Shown: one piece after another, positions 7,977 to 13,877 of the stretch
Layout: every line of letters starts with the position of its first letter
Numbering within the stretch: position 1 is the stretch's first letter
Assembly (NCBI RefSeq): GCF_003427025.1
Contig: NZ_QVAI01000019.1
Span: forward strand, 40,151 to 64,150
Source of the DNA: Jiangella endophytica
Lineage (GTDB): Bacteria; Actinomycetota; Actinomycetes; Jiangellales; Jiangellaceae
Direction: 5' to 3'
DNA length: 24,000 bases
Notes under the pieces: generated by a model
The model's database searches: none
Told to the model about the DNA's origin: nothing
The model's input: only the letters and a program-made list of their open reading frames with translations
Program-made: the position numbers and the translations under genes

Positions 7977-9794
7977 TCAGGCCAGCTCGGCCTGCAGCAG
8001 CGGCGCGACCGGACGGCGGGCGGCGAGTCGCGCCGGGACCGCCGTCAGCGCCGCGACCGCCAGCATCACACCGGGGACCAGCGCGGCCAGCCACCAGACC
8101 GGCGGCAGCGGGACCTCGTCGGGGTCGACGGCCGTGTAGAGCACCAGTCCGCCGCCGACGCCCAGCACCGCGCCGACGAAGGCCGGCAGCACCTGCGCGA
8201 ACGAGAGGCCAGCGCTGAGCTGGGCCGGCGTGGCGCCGAGCGCCCGGGTGAGCGCCGACGCGTGCCGGACGTCGAGCACCGTGGCCCAGGTGACGACGAT
8301 CGTGTTGACCGCCGCGAGCGCGATCAGCGTGACGGTGATGATCAGCAGCAGCTCGCCCAGCCGCTGCGTCTCGGTGTCGGCGTCCAGGATCGGCTGCGCG
8401 GCGAGCTGTGCGTTCGCCGCCATCGCGGCGACCACCCCGCTGACGGTGACCGTCATGCTGGCGATGCTCAGCGCGACCCGCCGCGGCCGCCGCCCCGCCA
8501 CGCGCAGGGCGATGAGCAGGGCGACCGGCAGGCGCGAGGAGAGCGCGACCAGCCAGCCGACGCGGCGCGGTGGCCTCGCGGCGTCGTTGAGAGCGTCGAC
8601 CGTGCTGGTCCGCGCGGAGCGGATCGCCGGGACGAGCGTCGCGGTCACGGCGACGCCCAGCGCGACCGCCGTGACGATGGCGATGGTCCGAAGCGTGAGC
8701 GCGGGGTCGCCGGCCGCGCCGATCAGGCCCGGCGTCCGCTCGCTGAGCAACGGGGCCGTCAGCCGACCCGCGACCAGCCCGGCCGCGGACGCGAGGAGAG
8801 CGACGGCGACATGCGCGGTCAGCAGAATGGCCGCCACCAGGCCTGGCGTGGCGCCGACGGCCTTCAGCAGCCCGACCCGCTGGGTCTGGTCGGCCATCCG
8901 TCCGCCGACGAGGACCGCGACGCTGGCGACGGCCAGGATGCCGAGCAGCCAGCCGCCGGTCGTCAGCACCCGCTGGCTGTTCCGCTCCAGGTGCGTGACC
9001 TGCTCGAACGTGTGCTGCCACGGCTCCAGGCGCGGCGCACCCGGCTGGTCCTGGTTGTGCGCGTCGACGAATGCCTGCGCGTCGTCCGGGTCGGCGAGCT
9101 TCAGGTAGCTGACGTAGGACAGCGGTCCGGACGCGATCTCCTCGACGTCGGTGACGGTGAGCCAGACCGTGCCGGGTTCCCGCACGGCGCCGGGCGCGGA
9201 CCGCATGCCCTCGGGCAGCTGACCGAGGACGCAGTGGACCAGGCACGTCGTCCACGGATAAGGCACGAGGGCCGTGGTGACGGCGATGCCGGCGACCTCG
9301 AACGAGCGGCCCGCCAGCGTGACCGGGTCGCCGACCTGGAGGCCGGTGGCCTCGGCGAACGCGGCCTCGACGACCACGCCGCCGCCGCGCACCCAGTCGC
9401 CGTCCGTCACCGCCGGCCGGTCGACGGCGGCCGGCTCGGTGTCGCGGCCGACGGCCTGCACGTCCATCGTCCGGTCCCCGTGCGTCAGCGTGGCGCCGGC
9501 GACCGGATACGGACCGCTGTGGTCGACGACGCCGTCGGCGCCGGTGAGTCCGTCGAGGACCGCAGGGTCGACGGCGCCGCCCTCGGGGTCCGGCATGATC
9601 ACGGCGGTCACATCGGGCCCGGCGGTGGTCTCGCGGCTGCTCTGGAACGGATCGCTGGCCACGCCGTGGATCGCCAGTCCGAGCGTCAGCGTCGTCGTCG
9701 CGGCGGCGATGGCGAGCAGCAACAGCACAGCCTCCGCCGGACGCCGTCGAAGGTCACGGGCGGCAAGGCGGGCGACGAGCAGGAATCGTCCCAT
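7977..9794 (-). CDS. ABC transporter permease, FtsX/MacB-like
   Basis: The 605-aa ORF has the N-terminus LVARLAARDLRRRPAEAVLLLLAIAAATT typical of FtsX-family permeases. It has a large extracytoplasmic segment and then multiple hydrophobic helices. It starts 5 nt downstream of the ATPase stop. Confidence 0.8.
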   Translation of the reverse strand: MGRFLLVARLAARDLRRRPAEAVLLLLAIAAATTTLTLGLAIHGVASDPFQSSRETTAGPDVTAVIMPDPEGGAVDPAVLDGLTGADGVVDHSGPYPVAGATLTHGDRTMDVQAVGRDTEPAAVDRPAVTDGDWVRGGGVVVEAAFAEATGLQVGDPVTLAGRSFEVAGIAVTTALVPYPWTTCLVHCVLGQLPEGMRSAPGAVREPGTVWLTVTDVEEIASGPLSYVSYLKLADPDDAQAFVDAHNQDQPGAPRLEPWQHTFEQVTHLERNSQRVLTTGGWLLGILAVASVAVLVGGRMADQTQRVGLLKAVGATPGLVAAILLTAHVAVALLASAAGLVAGRLTAPLLSERTPGLIGAAGDPALTLRTIAIVTAVALGVAVTATLVPAIRSARTSTVDALNDAARPPRRVGWLVALSSRLPVALLIALRVAGRRPRRVALSIASMTVTVSGVVAAMAANAQLAAQPILDADTETQRLGELLLIITVTLIALAAVNTIVVTWATVLDVRHASALTRALGATPAQLSAGLSFAQVLPAFVGAVLGVGGGLVLYTAVDPDEVPLPPVWWLAALVPGVMLAVAALTAVPARLAARRPVAPLLQAELA

Positions 9795-9799
9795 GGTCG

Positions 9800-10531
9800 T
9801 CAGCCCTCGAGTCCGGCGAGCGCGCCGAGGTGTCCGGTCGTTCCGCCGGTCAGCCGCGTCTCGTCGACGAACGCGCCGTCGCGCATCGAGATCAGCCGGT
9901 CCGCCGTCGCCGCGATGCGCTCGTCGTGCGTGACGATGACCAGGGTCTGGCCGGCTTCGTGCAGGTCCTCGAACAGCCGCAGCACGTCGAGGGTGGCGGC
10001 GCTGTCGAGATTGCCCGTGGGTTCGTCGGCGAGGACGAGGACCGGCTCGTTGCTCAGCGCACGCGCGACGGCGACCCGCTGCCGCTGGCCGCCGGAGAGC
10101 GCCGTCGGGAGCGCGTCGCCCTTCGCGTCGAGCCCGACCCGGCGCAGCAACTCGGTGGCGCGGGCGCGGGCCGCCCGCGGCGAGCGGCCGGCGAGCAGGG
10201 CGGGCAGTTCCACGTTCTCGATGACGGTGAGCTCGTCCATCAGGTGAAAGGCCTGGAACACGAAGCCGACGTCGGTGCGGCGCAGCCGGGCCAGGGCGCG
10301 TTCGGTGAGTTGGTCGACGCGGCGGCCGGCGAGGTGGATCTCGCCGCCGCTCGCGCGGTCGAGCCCGCCGACCAGGTGCAGCAGCGTCGACTTCCCGCAG
10401 CCGCTCGGTCCCATCACGGCGACCGTCTCGCCCGCCGCCACGTCGAGGTCGACCCCGTCGACCGCCCGGACCAGGCTCTCGCCGTCGCCGTAGGTCCTGG
10501 TCAGCCCGCGGGTGCTGAGGATGCTGCTCAC
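9800..10531 (-). CDS. ABC transporter ATP-binding protein (MacB/LolD-type)
   Basis: Walker A is GPSGCGKST, the signature is LSGGQRQRVAVARAL, Walker B is VLVLADEPT and the H-loop is VTHD. The real start is GTG 10531 (VSSILSTRGL...), which overlaps the PadR stop as GTGA. The remaining 181 N-terminal codons of the 9800..11074 track ORF are an off-frame read-through of the PadR gene. Confidence 0.9.
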   Translation of the reverse strand: MSSILSTRGLTRTYGDGESLVRAVDGVDLDVAAGETVAVMGPSGCGKSTLLHLVGGLDRASGGEIHLAGRRVDQLTERALARLRRTDVGFVFQAFHLMDELTVIENVELPALLAGRSPRAARARATELLRRVGLDAKGDALPTALSGGQRQRVAVARALSNEPVLVLADEPTGNLDSAATLDVLRLFEDLHEAGQTLVIVTHDERIAATADRLISMRDGAFVDETRLTGGTTGHLGALAGLEG

Positions 10532-11070
10532 GAGGTGCTCCTTCGGGTCGTCCAGCTGCGTTCGCAGGCCTCCAGCCAGCGCAGATCGGCCTGCAGCCGG
10601 AGCACGATGCCCTCCAGCAACAGGCCCGCCTCCGCTCCGTCGGGCTCGGCCATGGCGGCGCGCTGCGCCTCCCGCAGCCGGCGCAGCAGTTCGCGTCGCT
10701 GCGTGTCGACGATGCTCAGCGGATCGGCCAGCCCCGCCGCAGCGGCCGCGACGAGCTTGAGGTGGAACTCCGTGAGGTCCGGCTTGGGCCAGCTCACCTC
10801 GGTCATCCACTCGGCGACGCGCTGCTGGCCCTTCGGGGTGAGGGCGTAGGTCTTGCGGTCGGCCGTGGGGGCGGCGGCTGGGCCGGTCGCCAGCTCGGGC
10901 CGCTCGGTGGTGACGAGGCCGGCCTTCTCCAGGCGGGTCAGGACCACGTACACCTGTCCGGCGTTCATCGCCTCGCCGATCGGGCCGAGCGCCTGCCGGA
11001 GCCTCGCCCGCAACTGGTATCCGTGCGACGGCTCCTTCGCGAGCAGCGCGAGGACCACTTCCTGCTGCAT
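10528..11070 (-). CDS. PadR-family transcriptional regulator
   Basis: The winged-helix N-terminus VVLALLAKEPSHGYQLRARL...GQVYVVLTRLEKAGLV is characteristic of PadR. The C-terminal helical dimerisation region matches the long PadR subfamily. The RBS GGGAGGG lies 5 nt upstream of ATG 11070. It is the first gene of the ABC operon. Confidence 0.85.
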   Translation of the reverse strand: MQQEVVLALLAKEPSHGYQLRARLRQALGPIGEAMNAGQVYVVLTRLEKAGLVTTERPELATGPAAAPTADRKTYALTPKGQQRVAEWMTEVSWPKPDLTEFHLKLVAAAAAGLADPLSIVDTQRRELLRRLREAQRAAMAEPDGAEAGLLLEGIVLRLQADLRWLEACERSWTTRRSTS

Positions 11071-11079
11071 CCACCCTCC

Positions 11080-11117
11080 CTATAACCGTTAGCCATGACT
11101 ATAACCGTTAGCCATGT
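11080..11117. repeat. tandem 19-bp direct repeat (x2), each with a TAAC-n-GTTA palindrome; putative PadR operator
   Basis: CTATAACCGTTAGCCATGA (11080-11098) is followed immediately by CTATAACCGTTAGCCATGT (11099-11117), with 18/19 bases identical. Each copy contains the 9-bp palindrome TAACCGTTA (11083-11091 and 11102-11110). The repeat is AT-rich relative to its surroundings. It lies between the RBS and the -35 of the PadR promoter. Confidence 0.6.
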
Positions 11118-11125
11118 GAGGTCAA
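11098..11125 (-). promoter_or_regulatory. near-consensus promoter of the PadR-ABC operon
   Basis: On the minus strand: TTGACC (11125-11120), a 16-nt spacer, then TATAGT (11103-11098). The predicted transcription start falls inside repeat copy 11080-11098, about 20-25 nt upstream of ATG 11070. The operator-like repeats occupy the spacer and the +1 region. Confidence 0.55.
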
Positions 11126-11157
11126 GGGGTGCGTGGCCCGGGCGCGGTTCGATTCCT

Positions 11158-11193
11158 CGACGGGTGGTGCCGCCGCGGCGACACCACCCGTCG
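11158..11193 (-). terminator. strong GC-rich hairpin 10 nt downstream of the rsr stop (I-shaped terminator candidate)
   Basis: CGACGGGTGGTG (11158-11169) pairs perfectly with CACCACCCGTCG (11182-11193), giving a 12-bp stem. About 3 further bp are possible in the 12-nt loop. There is no U-tail. Confidence 0.45.
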
Positions 11194-11202
11194 TCGGCCG
11201 TC

Positions 11203-12780
11203 CTAGAACGGCCAGCCGGCGGAGCGACCCTCCTCGAGCAGCCCGATCATCGTGAACGTGCCGTCGCCGAGGCCGCCGAACTCGTGCCGGTTCGCCCGTC
11301 CGGCCGCGAGCACCGTCGGCCGATACCCGCCGAGGTTGAACCCGTAGACCGGGACCTGCGCCGGGACGCGGGCGACCGCGTCGTTGCCGCCGGCGTCCGG
11401 GAACGTCTGCAGGTCGGTCACGATGACCACGCGGTCGTGTGCCCGGTACGTCGTCCGCAGCGACTCGGCGATGCGCGTGCCGTGACCGGCCTCGCCGACC
11501 CGCCCGCACAGCCGTCCGACCTCCGTCAGCAGCGACGCGGCCGGCGGGACGCGGTGGGCGAACACGCCGTCGGCGAACCCGTACAGGTCGACGTCGTTGC
11601 CGCGCTTGGCCAGCGCGACGCCGAAGACGGCCGCGGCCTCGATCGCCGACATGGACGATCGGGCCGACAGCGCCCGCCGCATCGACGCGGACGTGTCGAC
11701 GAGCACGAGCGTGCGTCCCGCGAGCGCCGGCACGTTCGCCGTCGCCGCCTCGAGGGCGCGGTCCAGCGCGTAGGCCCACCGCAGCGACGGCGCGTTGCGG
11801 TAGGCGGCGACGAACCGGAACGGGAACTGCCGCGAGCGGCGCACCTCGCCCGGGTCGGCCAGCTTCGCCGCCACCCGCTCGGCGACGGCGTCGCTCACGC
11901 CGGCGTGGTCGAAGTTGCGCAGGTTGCGCAGCAGCGCCATGTAGCCCGTCGACGGGATGATCGCCTCCCACGCCGTCCGGCCCAGTGGCCCGCCGAGCCA
12001 GCCCGCCAGCGACTCCCACGTCACGCCCGCCGCGGCGAGCGTGTCGGCGTCGAGGTGCTGACGCCGCTCGCCGGGCGGGATCGCCTGCAGCGCGGTGTGC
12101 GCCGTGACGACCGGAAGTCGGGCCGTCGCCGTCGCCGTCGCCGTCGCCGCGCGGCCGTGCCGGCGGTCGAGCAGCCAGCGGAACAACGCCGACTGCGCCT
12201 CGTCGCGCGGCCGCACGTGGCACAGTTCGAGCACGTCGGCCATGCGCCAGGCCCGCGAGACGCCGTCGTACTTGAGCGCCGCCCGCTCGGTGTATAGCCG
12301 CCGCGCGGCGTCGGCGACGCCCCGCTTGATCGGCTGCGGCAGCGCCCGCCCGTACCGCGACGTGTAGTACGCGAGCACCTCGGCCGGCTCGTCGGCCCGC
12401 TGCAGAGCGCTGTCGACGACCCGCCGTCCGAACGGCCCGCCGGCGTGCACGTACTCCACCGCCGCGACGACCGGCGCCGACCGCAGGTTCGCGGTGTCGC
12501 GCAGCCACGGCACCAGCCGGGTGACCCACTCCGGGTCCTCGCTGGTGGCCGCGTGCACGAGGTCGCGGAACCGCTCGTCCCGGTCGGCGGCGCTCTCGTA
12601 GAAGGTGTCCTCACCGGCGAGGTTCGTGACGGCGAGCAGGAACAGCTCGCTCTTCACGTCGCGGACGTACGCGGGTGCGCCCTCGTGGGTGCGGGTGCGG
12701 ACGTTTCGCAGCGCCCGGACGGGGCTCGTGAGCATCGCGGTGACACCGGTGGCCTTGCTGATGCGGTCGAACTTGCTCAT
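11203..12780 (-). CDS. rsr: Ro60-related ribonucleoprotein (TROVE domain + vWA domain), Rsr orthologue
   Basis: The 525-aa ORF has an N-terminal TROVE-like region (THEGAPAYVRDVKSELFLLAVTNLAGEDTFYES..., PIKRGVADAARRLYTERAALKYD, MADVLELCHVRP). The C-terminal vWA domain has the MIDAS motif LVDTSASM. The RBS GGAAGGAGGG lies upstream of ATG 12780. A tRNA-like Y RNA candidate lies immediately upstream on the same strand, as is known for bacterial rsr loci. Confidence 0.85.
   Translation of the reverse strand: MSKFDRISKATGVTAMLTSPVRALRNVRTRTHEGAPAYVRDVKSELFLLAVTNLAGEDTFYESAADRDERFRDLVHAATSEDPEWVTRLVPWLRDTANLRSAPVVAAVEYVHAGGPFGRRVVDSALQRADEPAEVLAYYTSRYGRALPQPIKRGVADAARRLYTERAALKYDGVSRAWRMADVLELCHVRPRDEAQSALFRWLLDRRHGRAATATATATARLPVVTAHTALQAIPPGERRQHLDADTLAAAGVTWESLAGWLGGPLGRTAWEAIIPSTGYMALLRNLRNFDHAGVSDAVAERVAAKLADPGEVRRSRQFPFRFVAAYRNAPSLRWAYALDRALEAATANVPALAGRTLVLVDTSASMRRALSARSSMSAIEAAAVFGVALAKRGNDVDLYGFADGVFAHRVPPAASLLTEVGRLCGRVGEAGHGTRIAESLRTTYRAHDRVVIVTDLQTFPDAGGNDAVARVPAQVPVYGFNLGGYRPTVLAAGRANRHEFGGLGDGTFTMIGLLEEGRSAGWPF
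12122..12149. repeat. in-frame hexanucleotide microsatellite (GCCGTC)x4.7 inside rsr
   Basis: GCCGTC GCCGTC GCCGTC GCCGTC GCCG encodes the ATATATATA stretch (GRAATATATATARLP) in the minus-strand frame of Rsr. Confidence 0.9.
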
Positions 12781-12908
12781 GGGAGTGCCCTCCTTCCGGG
12801 CCGTCTTTCGGGGTCGCTGCCGAGAACTCGAGGTGAGCCGGGACGCGGCCGCGTGGCCGTCCCTCTCATCGGTGAAGTAGCCCGGCTCGTCGCATCGGCG
12901 AACGTGGG

Positions 12909-13037
12909 GCCAGGGCGAGAACAGAGGCGGCGAAGGCTCGTCGCTCTGCCGGTTGAGCTACGGCCCGCAGACCGCCGGGACTCGAACCCGGAACACACGA
13001 TTCCGAAGTAGCCCTCGCCTGCGCATCGCCCTGGCGC
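12909..13037 (-). ncRNA. yrlA: Y RNA-like ncRNA with a circularly permuted tRNA-like domain (YrlA-type); ends approximate
   Basis: All elements are on the minus strand, hand-folded:
- T-arm: CCGGG-UUCGAGU-CCCGG (12991-12975).
- Closed acceptor-like hairpin: CGGUC-UGCG-GGCCG (12974-12961).
- UA (12960-12959), equivalent to U8/A9.
- D-arm: GCUC-AACCGGCA-GAGC (12958-12943).
- 4-bp anticodon-stem-like helix: ACGA (12941-12938) with UCGU (13000-12997).
- 5-nt variable loop: GUGUU (12996-12992).
- Two long helices closing the 5' and 3' ends: GGCGAGGGC(U) (13019-13010) with (A)GCCUUCGCC (12938-12929), and GCCAGGGCGA (13035-13026) with UCGCCCUGGC (12918-12909).

The tRNA tertiary-pair nucleotides are present (U8-A14, A15-U48, GG in the D-loop, T54-A58, G53-C61). 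The element sits about 130 nt upstream of rsr and is co-oriented with it. Confidence 0.7.
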
Positions 13038-13167
13038 TTTGGGGCAGCCGCATCGCCAGGCGAGTGTCGCCTGGTGTCCGCGGGGGATTCACGATGCGCT
13101 GCATGATGACAATGCTGCTGGTGGCGTCGTCCGGGCGCAACGGTTTATTCGGGCGCCGGGCCCTCGT

Positions 13168-13452
13168 TCAGTCGTCGTGCAGCAGGAACGTCAGATGGCG
13201 GCGGGCGTCGGCGAGCTGCCCCGCCGTCAGCGTCGCGACGTGCTGGGTGAGCCAGTGCCGCGGGTGCATCGCCAGCCGGTCGGCGAACACCGTCCCCGCA
13301 CCGGTGGTGACCGCGAACGGCTCGAACTGCTCCGGCGCCGGCCCGACGACGGCCGTGACGACCTGGTTCAGCTGGCTGGAGTTGTAGATCGCGTTGCTCA
13401 GCACGATGCGCAGCGACCCGTCCTCGAGCCGCCAGATCTCGCCCGGGTTCAC
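13168..13452 (-). CDS. type II toxin, PemK/MazF-like (short form)
   Basis: The 94-aa product VNPGEIWRLEDGSLRIVLSNAIYNSSQLNQVVTAVVGP...VFADRLAMHPRHWLTQHVATLTAGQLADARRHLTFLL follows the MazF pattern: GDIW..., ...VVSND..N, ...V.PLT..., D...T+....L....G.L. GTG 13452 overlaps the antitoxin stop (GTGA). The upstream part of the 13168..13725 track ORF is off-frame overlap with the antitoxin gene. Confidence 0.6.
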   Translation of the reverse strand: MNPGEIWRLEDGSLRIVLSNAIYNSSQLNQVVTAVVGPAPEQFEPFAVTTGAGTVFADRLAMHPRHWLTQHVATLTAGQLADARRHLTFLLHDD

Positions 13453-13676
13453 GAGGGGTTGCGCTGCCAGGCGAGTAGGTCGCGCAGTTGCTGGTCGCTC
13501 TCGGCGGCCTTGGGCCGGACCGGCCGGCCGGCCCGCTCGAGGAGCCTCCGGTAGTGCTCGCGGCGCAGCGCCCGCTCGACGAACTCCGAGCGGTTCAGCC
13601 CCGCCTGCCGCGCGTCCGCGTCGACGTCGGCCAGGGTGGACGGATCGAGGGTGACGGTCATCTTCTCCTTGGCCAT
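13449..13676 (-). CDS. ribbon-helix-helix (CopG/MazE-like) antitoxin
   Basis: The 75-aa product has the N-terminal RHH signature MTVTLDPSTLADVDADARQAGLNRSEFVERALRRE. The C-terminal tail is presumably for toxin binding. It is translationally coupled to the toxin gene. The ATG at codon 6 (13661), preceded by AAGGAG, is an alternative start. Confidence 0.7.
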   Translation of the reverse strand: MAKEKMTVTLDPSTLADVDADARQAGLNRSEFVERALRREHYRRLLERAGRPVRPKAAESDQQLRDLLAWQRNPS

Positions 13677-13682
13677 ACCAGC

Positions 13683-13688
13683 ATCTTA
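13683..13688 (-). promoter_or_regulatory. -10 box positioned for a leaderless antitoxin mRNA
   Basis: On the minus strand, TAAGAT (TANNNT) is followed by 6 nt (GCTGGT) and then ATG 13676. This spacing is typical of actinobacterial leaderless transcripts. There is no clear -35. Confidence 0.35.
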
Positions 13689-13877
13689 TCCGTCGTCTTA
13701 CGGTCGGCGCCAGGGCGGCTGTCACGTTCGGGCTTCGGGAGGCACCTATAGATGACAGGACGGTTTGCGGCGAGTGCTCGGCCGCGCGTCGCTTGGTTGC
13801 CGGTCTTCCCGTGCCCGGCCGCCGCTCGCCGTAAGATCATCCGCTCGGTTCCTGGCCGCGCCCAGAAGGAGTGCACC

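Noticed and set aside
6589-10247. 888-aa minus ORF (6589..9255) and 777-aa plus ORF (7914..10247)
   Set aside because: Both are shadow frames. They run antisense or off-frame across the LLM oxidoreductase, ACT protein, permease and ATPase genes and are dominated by Arg/Gly/Asp/Pro runs.
10532-11074. N-terminal 181 codons of ORF 9800..11074, which would fuse the PadR region to the ABC ATPase
   Set aside because: This frame is an alternative reading of the PadR gene. The PadR frame (10528..11070) has the winged-helix signature, and the ATPase begins at GTG 10531 with a GTGA overlap.
11146-11156. tRNA T-loop-like motif GGTTCGATTCC on the + strand, downstream of rsr (possible tRNA gene or att-site remnant)
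   Set aside because: The flanking T-stem has a C-U mismatch. No complementary 5' acceptor strand, D-arm or anticodon arm exists upstream, and no second copy is present in the window. The adjacent sequence is better explained as the 12-bp terminator-like hairpin at 11158-11193.
11095-12614. ORFs 11095..12297 (+), 11108..12529 (-), 11439..11960 (+) and 12021..12614 (-) overlapping rsr
   Set aside because: These are Arg/Ala/Pro/Gly-rich shadow frames. Only the 11203..12780 frame gives TROVE and vWA (DxSxS) motifs.
12940-13020. Possible canonical tRNA gene on the minus strand (T-arm and D-arm present)
   Set aside because: The arm order is permuted: the T-arm precedes the D-arm. The acceptor stem is a closed 5-bp hairpin with no free 3' end or CCA, and there is no anticodon loop. 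It is therefore not a tRNA and was reinterpreted as the tRNA-like domain of a Y RNA.
12953-13387. ORFs 12953..13387 (+), 12958..13140 (-) and 13039..13554 (+) in and beyond the rsr-upstream gap
   Set aside because: They have no RBS, poor coding composition and overlap the structured RNA region and the toxin gene. They are most likely chance ORFs.
13752-13877. 42-codon N-terminal extension of the lipoprotein ORF
   Set aside because: The extension would place a charged 42-aa segment before the signal peptide. TTG 13878 has a well-spaced AAGGAG RBS and yields a canonical signal peptide and lipobox.
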